Positions 1 to 7,722 of a DNA stretch of 64,000 bases are shown piece after piece. The position numbers and the translations under genes were made by a program. Below the pieces are notes generated by a model. The model made no database searches, had not been told where the DNA came from, and saw nothing but the letters and a program-made list of their open reading frames with translations. The DNA comes from a virus, in the IMG/VR virus record IMGVR_UViG_3300025264_000007, positions 1-64,000 of that record; one strand, 5' to 3'. The stretch's first letter is position 1. Each line of letters begins with the position of its first letter.

Positions 1-466
1 GGGTGCTGCCGCCTTCAATTGCTCCAGCCACCGTCAGCGCACCGTTCATTCCAACAGCACCACTCATGTTGATCTTGGTGTCAGCCGTAATGTCAAGGTG
101 ACCATCAACCGAACTAGAGATCTTAAGAGCCGAATCACGGAATTGTAATTCCTGTGCGCCTTCCAAAATAGCGTGATGACCTAGATCATACTTGAAATTT
201 GCACCAGCAAAACCGCCGTCGTTGTTGTTTGTCTGGATAGAACCAGACGCACCACCTGGCTCGTTACCAGCAGCGGCGTCATAAACCGAGTTAAGAGCCG
301 CAATAATGCTCTGATTATTGATGGAACTGGAAAGGGTGTTGTCGTAGCTACCCGACGTGCCCCCTTTCAAACTATAGAACGACCCATTATCATTAACTGT
401 CAAGCCACCGAGCATTACACCATTTAATTGGTATGGTGCTGCGGAAGCAGATACTACATTTGCCAT
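1..466 (-). CDS. Tail fibre-like virion protein, N-terminal part (runs off window start; not in ORF track)
   Basis: ATG at 466 after AGGAGG (475-480); open to position 1: MANVVSASAAPYQLNG...PGGASGSIQTNNNDGGFAG...LQFRDSALKISSSVDGHLDITAD; Gly/Ser/Ala-rich beta-type sequence typical of phage fibres. Confidence 0.65.
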   Translation of the reverse strand, partial: MANVVSASAAPYQLNGVMLGGLTVNDNGSFYSLKGGTSGSYDNTLSSSINNQSIIAALNSVYDAAAGNEPGGASGSIQTNNNDGGFAGANFKYDLGHHAILEGAQELQFRDSALKISSSVDGHLDITADTKINMSGAVGMNGALTVAGAIEGGST

Positions 467-722
467 ATTATTTTCCTCCTAAAAGAAAATAAAATTGTTT
501 TTTTACCTACCGGAAAATCCGGCAATTCATATGCAACTTTTTGGGAACAAATAAAGAAAACTCTTTATTAAAACTGAAGAGTGGAAAACCGCGGCCATCT
601 TCAAGTCAGCGCGTTTGTATTGCTGACATGGCTTATACGCTGTATATAGGTTTTCTATTCACCTTTGGATTGGTATTTATCTCTTTTTTTATGCCAAAAG
701 AAATAATACTTTGAGACCAAGT

Positions 723-1094
723 TTAGCTGGCGCTCGTCACATATCTAACGGTTGGCGGGGTGCTGGGAGCCGCTGTGCTATCTTCGGCAGCAGCGGTTAC
801 GCACCAATGGCTAAAGCCAGAACTAAACGCCATTCCCTCTGGAAATACATAACTTCTCTTTACTGAGGCAGCGCACTTCAGCACGATGCTGGCTGCGGTT
901 GTCCCAGCCGTAGCACTAGTGGCATCAGCAAGTTTAAAATAAACGATGGCAGCAAGACCCGTATTGTCAATTTCCACCATGTAGAGGGTGCCAGCGGCAC
1001 CTGTTGTATTGTCTACCGCAGAGTTGGTTGCAGCCGTGTCTTGAACTAGTCTAGCGCCAAGAGGATTAGATTGGTTGGTAACTGTGACGGCCAT
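723..1094 (-). CDS. Hypothetical protein, probably virion structural (Ala/Thr-rich, beta-rich)
   Basis: SD AGGGAG upstream, late-type motif at 1138-1145, composition. Confidence 0.55.
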   Translation of the reverse strand: MAVTVTNQSNPLGARLVQDTAATNSAVDNTTGAAGTLYMVEIDNTGLAAIVYFKLADATSATAGTTAASIVLKCAASVKRSYVFPEGMAFSSGFSHWCVTAAAEDSTAAPSTPPTVRYVTSAS

Positions 1095-1205
1095 GGGGTT
1101 AGCTCTCCCTTTGTTTTCGATAAATAAACATTCTCATTAGTTAGTCTCGTGAGTGCCCTTTAAACGGATTATCTTATCATTTTATTCGCGAAAAAGAAAT
1201 TAAAT

Positions 1206-1232
1206 AAAAAAGCCCCACCCGAAGGTGAGGCT
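1206..1232 (-). terminator. Intrinsic terminator after tRNA cluster
   Basis: AGCCTCACC-TTCG-GGTGGGGCT followed by a T run on the minus strand. Confidence 0.85.
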
Positions 1233-1308
1233 TGGAGCGGGCAGTCGGGTTCGAACCGACGACATTCAGTTTGGAAAACTGACACTCTACCAACTGAGTT
1301 ATGCCCGC
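1233..1308 (-). tRNA. tRNA-Gly(TCC)
   Basis: GCGGGCA acceptor, anticodon loop TT-TCC-AA, GGTTCGAA T-loop, encoded CCA; 76 nt. Confidence 0.95.
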
Positions 1309-1311
1309 ATA

Positions 1312-1385
1312 TGGTGCCCAATGGAGGTGACGCTCCCCCGTCTACTGGATACAAATCAGTTATTCTGCTGTTGAACTAATCGGGC
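1312..1385 (-). tRNA. tRNA-Thr(TGT), atypical
   Basis: GCCCGAT/ATTGGGC acceptor + ACCA, anticodon loop TT-TGT-AT; D-loop lacks GG, T-loop AGCGTCA non-canonical. Confidence 0.75.
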
Positions 1386-1426
1386 AAAGGCTGATTTTGA
1401 ATCAAGAAGATCAGCTAACTTCTTTG

Positions 1427-1736
1427 TAGAACCGCTAGGACTTGAACCTAGATAGAAACGCTTCAGGTTTGTGCTGGTTTCCCAACTCCCTGGACTATAT
1501 CATCATCTACAGCACAATCTGTTTAGATGTCGGACGCTAATCTTGTATTATGCTGAAAGTTCGTTCAGCCCCAAGTAGTCTCTGCACCTTCCTACCACGC
1601 TTGGTAGGCTTGGCTCAGGATTGCCATACCCCTAAGGGCTTAGGTTTCCCTGAATTCATCCGATTTGCAACAATCATTTCTGACTGAGGTCACCCTTGAT
1701 GAGGCGTTCTCATTAACCAAATTATGATACGGTTCC
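1427..1736 (-). tRNA. Intron-containing tRNA with CAT anticodon, probably tRNA-Ile2 (lysidine); exons 1699-1736 and 1427-1463
   Basis: Spliced form GGAACCG...AACGC-CTCATAA-GCGTT...CTAGG-TTCAAGT-CCTAG-CGGTTCT-A; C29:G41 and C5:G68 pairs, no initiator features, tilS nearby; CCA not encoded. Confidence 0.85.
1464..1698 (-). mobile_element. Group I self-splicing intron (235 nt) inserted after the anticodon (36/37)
   Basis: P1 TCAT/GTGA with U.G at the 5' splice site; P3 TCGGATG/CGTCCGA; P4 region AATTCAGGGAAACCTAAG...TATGGCAATCCTGAGCCAAGC; R GAAGGTGCAGAGACTA; S GATATAGTCCAGGGAGT; terminal CACAAACCTG (omega G). Confidence 0.92.
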
Positions 1737-2402
1737 GTATTCTTTAATAAATTTATCAAACTCTTGATTTACAAATTCAGGGTTATGTTTCCCCCTATCT
1801 TTTATAACATATGGAGTGAACCCTGCCTTTATGATTTCTTTGATCTTGATGCGATCCCTATTTTGTACCTGTTTCACACTGTGTGCTTCAGTTATCTTTT
1901 TGTAATGCCAAACTCCGTTCCACATAACAGCAACCTTGATAGACGGGATAATAACATCGGCATCCCAGCCATTAAACATTGGTTCATTACATAAAACCTC
2001 TTTGTAGACACCGCCGCAAAGCTCGGAAAATAGAATCTCGTTTTTACTTCGCCGTGTATCCTTTTGAACCTCGGCTGAAATCCTGCCTCCTTTTCTTCCC
2101 AACGCTTGCCAATCTCTAAACTTAGCAGCACATTTTCTGCTGCAATATTTCTGTGATCTTTTAGTCTGTGCAACATCAAAATGTTGATCACAACCCTTAC
2201 AAAACCGTTTTACCATTTCAACTGGCTTTCCCATTCCTGATCGGTAGTTCACGCCAGTCATAGTTTTACTTATTTTCTCGTTGATTTCTTTTCTTTTGCT
2301 TTTTGTTGAGAAGCTCCGAGCGCATTCACGACTACAAAACTTTCCATTAGAATATTTGCTGTATTTTACAGCCTCTTTACTATCACAATTCATACATTTC
2401 AT
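1722..2402 (-). CDS. Free-standing homing-endonuclease-like protein (two CxxC...CSxxC Zn motifs + Vsr/DUF559-like nuclease domain)
   Basis: CMNC..FCSREC, CKGC..YCSRKC; C-terminal SKNE..DVIIP..KVAVMWNGVWH..RDRIK..GF. Confidence 0.7.
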   Translation of the reverse strand: MKCMNCDSKEAVKYSKYSNGKFCSRECARSFSTKSKRKEINEKISKTMTGVNYRSGMGKPVEMVKRFCKGCDQHFDVAQTKRSQKYCSRKCAAKFRDWQALGRKGGRISAEVQKDTRRSKNEILFSELCGGVYKEVLCNEPMFNGWDADVIIPSIKVAVMWNGVWHYKKITEAHSVKQVQNRDRIKIKEIIKAGFTPYVIKDRGKHNPEFVNQEFDKFIKEYGTVS

Positions 2403-2519
2403 TTCTTTTCCTCCTATAGTATATAGTCGGCTTGAACTAAAAACGTATAGCTTTGTCTCATTTCCTATTCAGTTTTCAAAAAGCGTCTGATGGTTTGGTA
2501 GCCGCCCCATCACTATAAT

Positions 2520-2547
2520 ACTATAACATATTCTGATTGTGTGTCAA
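2520..2547 (-). promoter_or_regulatory. Sigma70-type promoter for the endonuclease-tRNA transcript
   Basis: TTGACA-16 nt-TATAGT with TG extended -10. Confidence 0.7.
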
Positions 2548-3165
2548 ATCTTTTTCTGTGTTTCCAAGATTACTATACTCTTTTTCTACCAGTTTTCTAA
2601 ATGTTTTTTCGAGCCCTTGATTTACCCTGCGAGCATGCGGCATAATGTCATGCCGTATAATGCTGCGCATGAACTTTCTGTCTGCGTTGGCGGGGTCAAC
2701 CAAGAACGGCACTTCCTTACGCTCGCACCAATCTTCTAGGGAGCGTTTAGAGGTAGAGATAAAGGGTCGAAAAACGTTTTTATTGCGGTAGGGAATAATC
2801 TTACCCTGTCCATGTATTGAAGAGAATAAATACCACTCTATCACATCGTCTAAGTTGTGACCCGTAACGACTGGATCGTGAAAGCTGCGAAACATTTTGT
2901 ACCGCTCATCACGCCAGTGCTCTTCAAGTGATTTGTGCGGAGGACAATCATTATAATTAACTCCTATCACAAAGGGAATATCTCTACTTTCGCAAAAGTT
3001 CTTTACAAATCTTTTACATTTCTTCCCGAAGTCTGTGCCGTGGTCAAAATAGACTGCGGTCACATCGTGATTGTTGCTGAGAAAGTCTAGGATAGCCATT
3101 GAGTCTGGCCCGCCGCTGACGGCAACTGCCAACTCTCTCGGCAACTTTCCCAAAACTTTAAGCAT
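2521..3165 (-). CDS. tilS: tRNA(Ile)-lysidine synthase, minimal catalytic domain
   Basis: PP-loop AVSGGPDS, DHG, RDERY, TGHNLDD..E, RPF, DPAN..FMRSIIR. Confidence 0.9.
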   Translation of the reverse strand: MLKVLGKLPRELAVAVSGGPDSMAILDFLSNNHDVTAVYFDHGTDFGKKCKRFVKNFCESRDIPFVIGVNYNDCPPHKSLEEHWRDERYKMFRSFHDPVVTGHNLDDVIEWYLFSSIHGQGKIIPYRNKNVFRPFISTSKRSLEDWCERKEVPFLVDPANADRKFMRSIIRHDIMPHARRVNQGLEKTFRKLVEKEYSNLGNTEKDLTHNQNML

Positions 3166-3178
3166 TTAAATTCCTTTG

Positions 3179-3253
3179 TGGTCCCGGCAGGACTCGAACC
3201 TGCGACCGACGGTGTAGAAAACCGATGCTCTAATCCAACTGAGCTACGGAACC
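3179..3253 (-). tRNA. tRNA-Arg(TCT)
   Basis: GGTTCCG/CGGGACC acceptor, TAGCTCAGTTGGATTAGAGC D-arm, loop TT-TCT-AC, GGTTCGAGTCC T-arm. Confidence 0.9.
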
Positions 3254-3261
3254 AGATTTGA

Positions 3262-3456
3262 GGAGTTTCGGAACCTACACGCGTAAAAGCAGGTTCTCCC
3301 TGTTACTTTGTATCTAACCCTAAAAGCTGTTTTCCACACGCAACTCCCCGAAGGTATGTGGTTACTGCAAGTAGGGACGCTGGCTCTTTATGTTTCCTGC
3401 CAGATCGGTTCAGGTTTACCCTTGACACTTATCGTCGTCGGGTTTTGCCAATCTCC
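3262..3456 (-). ncRNA. Candidate structured non-coding RNA / leader upstream of tRNA-Arg
   Basis: No long ORF; stems CTGGC/GCCAG, CCACAT/GTGTGG with C-TTCG-G loop, GAACCTGC/GTAGGTTC; ends GGAGATTGG/CCGAAACTCC can pair. Confidence 0.4.
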
Positions 3457-3496
3457 ATTTTGTATCTCCTGTGTTTTGTGTAGCCAATAAATAGAT

Positions 3497-3721
3497 CTAT
3501 AAAAAGTAACCGAGCGCAAACCCGGAAAGAAACAAAGTAGGCATCAACCAACTTGACCTTTCAGCAGTAATTTCGTTTCGCCCGGCTTCAAGCAGAAAAA
3601 GCGGAGAAACTCCCCAATTGGGCTTTTCCAAATCTTCCTGTGTTAGAGTGCCTGCTTCAAGATTGGCCACAATACAATCATGTAATTGCTCCATGTCTTC
3701 AAAATTGTTCCACTGGTCCAT
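3497..3721 (-). CDS. Hypothetical protein with C-terminal membrane anchor
   Basis: SD AGGAGA; hydrophobic C-terminus. Confidence 0.6.
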   Translation of the reverse strand: MDQWNNFEDMEQLHDCIVANLEAGTLTQEDLEKPNWGVSPLFLLEAGRNEITAERSSWLMPTLFLSGFALGYFL

Positions 3722-3729
3722 ATTCTCTC

Positions 3730-4050
3730 CTAAAGTCCGTAGACGCCAATTACATCTTTTGCGTTGTCTTCAAGAATGTTTCCACGGGGGAAGTTCTTAG
3801 CGGGAGCTTTCCAAGAAGCAGCCTTCCAAATCAAGCCGTCCTCTTTGCTCACGAAGAACCAAACGCTCTCGCTGGAACTACGCTTTTCCTTTTTGGAAAT
3901 CTTGTAATACTTTCCGCCGGGATACACCTTGATATCGGGAGCATCGAGGCTACCGTCAAACTTAGAATCATAGTGCTCCTTAAGCATCTCATTACATTGC
4001 TCAAGGAAACCATTAAGATGAAACTCAACTTCGGGATTTGCGATGGCCAT
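3730..4050 (-). CDS. Conserved-looking phage hypothetical protein
   Basis: GGKYYKI...VWFFV..DGLIWKAASWKAPAK..RGNI pattern, familiar from phage early proteins. Confidence 0.7.
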   Translation of the reverse strand: MAIANPEVEFHLNGFLEQCNEMLKEHYDSKFDGSLDAPDIKVYPGGKYYKISKKEKRSSSESVWFFVSKEDGLIWKAASWKAPAKNFPRGNILEDNAKDVIGVYGL

Positions 4051-4523
4051 TATGACACCCTTTCTAAATCACGCTCGGAGTAGAAGGGATCGTAGCGATC
4101 TTCCGAGCCGGGATACTGAACCTTGTAGTTGCCTCCGGACTCAGCCTGCATGACCAAGGCGACCTTGCCAGCCAACTTCCAACGCCCGTTGCGCTTGTTG
4201 TCCTTGAAGCGGACTAGCGAACCGACAGGATACCTGGGAGGCAGCGCAGCCACCGTATTCAACGCTTGCGTAATGTTGTCAACGTGGTAGCCTGCGAAGT
4301 AATCCGTGTAAGGATCGCTCTCATCGCCGTCACTCACGATGTGCGGAGAACTGATGGAGTCGTTGCTGTTGACCCAAAAGGAAATTGTCTGGTTAGAACC
4401 CTCAAATCGGGCATAAACCTTAGATGACCCATTGCCGTGGTGATCAAGATCTTTGATTACCACCTCACGGTCTACGAGTTTAGCACGATTGCGAATCTTC
4501 TTGATAGCAGCAGCTTTTTTCAT
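4050..4523 (-). CDS. Hypothetical early protein with C-terminal SH3/KOW-like module
   Basis: Start re-set to ATG 4523 after GAGGGAG; C-terminal YPVGSLV..YKVQY..DLERVS. Confidence 0.65.
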   Translation of the reverse strand: MKKAAAIKKIRNRAKLVDREVVIKDLDHHGNGSSKVYARFEGSNQTISFWVNSNDSISSPHIVSDGDESDPYTDYFAGYHVDNITQALNTVAALPPRYPVGSLVRFKDNKRNGRWKLAGKVALVMQAESGGNYKVQYPGSEDRYDPFYSERDLERVS

Positions 4524-4544
4524 AACTGTCTCTCCCTCATTCAT

Positions 4545-4572
4545 ATAATAGCACGGATTAGGAGTAGGTCAA
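4545..4572 (-). promoter_or_regulatory. Early-type promoter (ATCCRTG class)
   Basis: TTGACC-TACTCCTAATCCGTGC-TATTAT. Confidence 0.75.
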
Positions 4573-4808
4573 GTTTTATTTTCTGTTATTATTATTTCGG
4601 CAGTTGGCAGCCATCCTCGGTATGCCTGATATTCATTTTCGGGAACCCCCGCCGAGACCACTAATGTTCCAGCTTGTTGATTGTGTAGACATGCTATGGA
4701 ATCTTTTTGCATAACAATATGCCAGCCTTTCTCGCCGTACCTTTTTATTTTTTGGATGGTGCGATTTGATGCTCTTTTGGTGGCTTTGAGAAAAACGATT
4801 TTATCCAC
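4569..4808 (-). CDS. Hypothetical protein
   Basis: SD GGAGG, GTG start. Confidence 0.6.
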   Translation of the reverse strand: MDKIVFLKATKRASNRTIQKIKRYGEKGWHIVMQKDSIACLHNQQAGTLVVSAGVPENEYQAYRGWLPTAEIIITENKT

Positions 4809-4864
4809 CTGTTTTCCTCCAATTTCACACCAGCCGCCCTATACGGCGTAGTTGGGCACTTTAT

Positions 4865-5044
4865 TTAAAACCCGGTAACCTCGGGCGGAAACATATTAGT
4901 TGCTGGGATGGGATAACATTCCATCATATCTTTCGGGACTTCGAAGAAATCCATGTCAATCATAAAGGTCTCCACCGCATCTTGCAGGGTAGGAGCCCAG
5001 ATGGTAAAGATTACGCCGCGGACTTCGATTTGAAAGCAGTTCAT
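4865..5044 (-). CDS. Hypothetical protein (59 aa, not in ORF track)
   Basis: MNCFQIEVRGVIFTIWAPTLQDAVE...; ATGA overlap with upstream gene, SD AAGGA. Confidence 0.55.
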   Translation of the reverse strand: MNCFQIEVRGVIFTIWAPTLQDAVETFMIDMDFFEVPKDMMECYPIPATNMFPPEVTGF

Positions 5045-5268
5045 TTATTTTCCTTTCGTGAACTTTTGTTTCGTTTGCTACGCATATATATCAATTGTTC
5101 CCTCTGCAATTTTTGCAGAGTTCTTGTTCTTCTGTTGCTTATCTTCTTCAACAATTCTCGCTGCTTCTCTGCGTGCTTTGATTTCAGCCACACGATGAAC
5201 ATCAAAGTTCCACCAGGCAAAAGCAGGGCTAATAGAATACCAGCCAGTAGCGTAATTGATGGGATCAC
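5041..5268 (-). CDS. Small membrane protein
   Basis: Hydrophobic N-half, basic C-terminus, SD GAGGAG. Confidence 0.55.
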   Translation of the reverse strand: MIPSITLLAGILLALLLPGGTLMFIVWLKSKHAEKQRELLKKISNRRTRTLQKLQREQLIYMRSKRNKSSRKENK

Positions 5269-5282
5269 TCACTTATACTCCT

Positions 5283-6053
5283 CTATTTCTTTATATAGGT
5301 TTGAAGAGCTAAAATAAGCTCTGCTGGCCCTTGAATGTCGTGGTAAGCGGCGCATTTCATAGCAATATCCACATCATTTCCGTCGGGGGTTATTTTATCC
5401 CCAAAAAATATGCATTGAGCAGGAGACTCTCCTATATTTTGGAGAGCATAGCTTTTATCCCACCCTTCACGCGTCACGTCAATCGATATTTGACCACCGA
5501 GCCTAAATGATAATCCCCATCCACTAAAATCTTCTCGCAACTTATCGATAATCTTTTTTCGTTCTCCGCTTTTTTGGTCCCACTTCACATAATCTTCGCG
5601 CTGGGTAGTGGTGCAGTTTCTGCCAACTACAGAAAAGTTAATTTGGCTTTCTCGCCACTCAACAAATGTTCCGGTCTTAAATTTGGTATGGGTATCTGCC
5701 GCAGTTTTGAGGAGCACGTTAACAATATGATTAATATCCGCGCGCGAGTAGTGGTCAAGCAGGGTCACCTTGTGGATAAGCTCCGGCTCGATAGCTCTAG
5801 TTTCATCATCCATATCCAGGCGTGTATTATAAACTCTCGTTCCGTTGCATGCAAACACGCGGTCAAACACGTTGAGTAAAGTAGCGTTTGGAATTTGCTC
5901 TTCTATTTTGGCGAAGTCTGATCCTGTTACTAGATACTTTTTAGATGCCATCGGGAGCGATTCGAGCGCGGTCACCACCTCCTCGGAAATTCTTTGGCGA
6001 GGGTCGGTAAGTGTTCCATCCATATCAAACAAAAATGCTTTGGCCTTTTTCAT
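5283..6053 (-). CDS. HAD-IIB phosphomannomutase (eukaryotic PMM-like)
   Basis: FDMDGTL, VTGSD..K..EQ, GTFVEWR..INFSVVGR, GGQISID, WDK, FFGDK..GND; start at ATG 6053 (ATGA overlap). Confidence 0.88.
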   Translation of the reverse strand: MKKAKAFLFDMDGTLTDPRQRISEEVVTALESLPMASKKYLVTGSDFAKIEEQIPNATLLNVFDRVFACNGTRVYNTRLDMDDETRAIEPELIHKVTLLDHYSRADINHIVNVLLKTAADTHTKFKTGTFVEWRESQINFSVVGRNCTTTQREDYVKWDQKSGERKKIIDKLREDFSGWGLSFRLGGQISIDVTREGWDKSYALQNIGESPAQCIFFGDKITPDGNDVDIAMKCAAYHDIQGPAELILALQTYIKK

Positions 6054-6418
6054 ACTAGTGTTTCTCCACTTACATACCTTAAAAACTCCCGCAACTTTAC
6101 AGGAGGCATCATTAAATAACACACAGTTTCATATTCGCTCTCGTTAATCACAAAGCAATTCTCCTGGGGGGTTACAGCATATCCCGTTGGAAAAAGAAGA
6201 AGGGTATAAATTATAGTATTCTCTTTATCCTCATTGTAGGAAGCCGGCTGCAAAAAAGCATCAATTATTACTCCCAACTTATTAAATCGACTTGAGCGCG
6301 CAAACGTTCCGAGCGGAACTGCCCTTTTCGGATAATCATCCAAGGTGTCAGATTCCTTCAATGCACTAACAATCTCCTTGACGAAGATATTTTCTGTTTC
6401 TTCGGTTGTATCACTCAT
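6050..6418 (-). CDS. Hypothetical protein
   Basis: ORF packing; late-type motif at 6431-6438. Confidence 0.6.
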   Translation of the reverse strand: MSDTTEETENIFVKEIVSALKESDTLDDYPKRAVPLGTFARSSRFNKLGVIIDAFLQPASYNEDKENTIIYTLLLFPTGYAVTPQENCFVINESEYETVCYLMMPPVKLREFLRYVSGETLV

Positions 6419-6461
6419 GTGTCTTTTTTATAAGTAGGTCTTATTTTAGGGCTCACCACTT

Positions 6462-6683
6462 TTAATGAATGGTCGGCTCTTTAATATCGTCGTCGAAAAG
6501 CATCATCATTTCAATTGAAGCGGCGGCTTTCAGCAGTTCAGCGCGCCGCCAGGAATCCAAAATATCTAAGTTGTCTAAAGCCGTAAAAAATTGAATCGGT
6601 GTGATGCCAGGAGTATTTCCTAGAGTTTCGAGAATTTCTCCGGCTTCGGCGAGTATTCTGTTTTCCTCTTCAAAGCTTTTCAC
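6462..6683 (-). CDS. Hypothetical protein
   Basis: ORF packing. Confidence 0.5.
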   Translation of the reverse strand: MKSFEEENRILAEAGEILETLGNTPGITPIQFFTALDNLDILDSWRRAELLKAAASIEMMMLFDDDIKEPTIH

Positions 6684-6710
6684 ATTTTGTTTTTTGATGA
6701 CAATGTTTTC

Positions 6711-7607
6711 CTACAACACATCCTGCCACTTGGTGCCGACTTCATCCAGCAGTTGGGTAACTTCGTCAGCCCACTCCGCATCCATCATCTGCTTGCCCCA
6801 GCGGGAGATGGTAAGGCCAGGAGGGAGAAGCGTAATATTGTTGCCCAAGTAGCCATCTTCGTTGACCTTGCCGCCGATGACGGGGCTGACCATCCTAGTG
6901 CTGGAGTCGCTCGGGGACGCTCTGTAGTGGTAGGAGGTCTGCTGGGGGAGGTCCCGAGAAAACGCTGCCCAAGTCTCTGAGCCGTTCTGCTTCCTCACAC
7001 GGATGTAGGTGCTCTGAACGTACCACTCTTCAATATTGGTGTTGCAACCGTCACTGGTGTCCAAATCCTGTTTGGCAATCTCTTCCCAATTGATACCGGT
7101 GACGACGCCGAACTGCGTGGCGTAGTGCCCCTTGTCGTAGTCGTATTCTCGGTACCGCATCAGAGCGCCAGGAACCAACCCTGCCTGCTCCAAGGAAGCC
7201 CGCATAATGCGGTGAGCCAAGGCTCTTACCGAGCCGCAAGTGATGATGTGTTCCTTCTTGGCTTCGCAGGTGCGAGAGTTGTGCCCACGCTCGTTGCAGA
7301 AACGGCACTTACGACCGCCGCTCTTCTTGGTGGCATTCAACTTGTTGAGGCGGTTTTGCTGTTCTTCCCAGAGCCACCGCTCTTGGTAACCAAAATTGTC
7401 TTCGTGCCACTTGCCGGCGGTTTCAATCGTAGCCTGGAGACGCTGCCACTGAGAATTCCCGCGGTATTCCCGTTCGGTGTTTGTGATCTCAATGTTGTAT
7501 TTCTTTGCGAGATCTTCCATACGCTGGTAGTTCTCTTTGATCCGGGGGCAACTACGGCGATTGTGTCCGTACTGTCCGCAGGATTGGCATTGGTTCTGTC
7601 GTGTCAT
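6711..7607 (-). CDS. Protein with two CCHC zinc knuckles
   Basis: CQSCGQYGHNRRSC and CRFCNERGHNSRTC (Cx2Cx4Hx4C). Confidence 0.75.
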   Translation of the reverse strand: MTRQNQCQSCGQYGHNRRSCPRIKENYQRMEDLAKKYNIEITNTEREYRGNSQWQRLQATIETAGKWHEDNFGYQERWLWEEQQNRLNKLNATKKSGGRKCRFCNERGHNSRTCEAKKEHIITCGSVRALAHRIMRASLEQAGLVPGALMRYREYDYDKGHYATQFGVVTGINWEEIAKQDLDTSDGCNTNIEEWYVQSTYIRVRKQNGSETWAAFSRDLPQQTSYHYRASPSDSSTRMVSPVIGGKVNEDGYLGNNITLLPPGLTISRWGKQMMDAEWADEVTQLLDEVGTKWQDVL

Positions 7608-7628
7608 AACGTCTCTCTCTCCACTAGT

Positions 7629-7656
7629 ATATTACCATGGATACAGTATGCGTCAA
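7629..7656 (-). promoter_or_regulatory. Early-type promoter (ATCCRTG class)
   Basis: TTGACG-CATACTGTATCCATGG-TAATAT. Confidence 0.75.
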
Positions 7657-7670
7657 GTTTTTAATGCAAT

Positions 7671-7695
7671 AAAAAAGCACCCCCGAAGGAGTGCT
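7671..7695 (-). terminator. Intrinsic terminator
   Basis: AGCACTCC-TTCG-GGGGTGCT + T run. Confidence 0.85.
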
Positions 7696-7722
7696 GATTT
7701 ATCATATAATTTAAACTTTAAA

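Noticed and set aside
1169-1354. 61-aa ORF
   Set aside because: Overlaps tRNA-Gly, tRNA-Thr and the terminator
1427-1736. Calling the CAT tRNA an initiator tRNA-fMet
   Set aside because: No C1:A72 mismatch and no three consecutive G:C pairs in the anticodon stem; elongator Met cannot be fully excluded
3262-3456. tmRNA, RNase P or SRP identity for the structured region
   Set aside because: Lacks their hallmark motifs (tRNA-like ends with tag, GAGGAAAGTCC, SRP domain IV loop)
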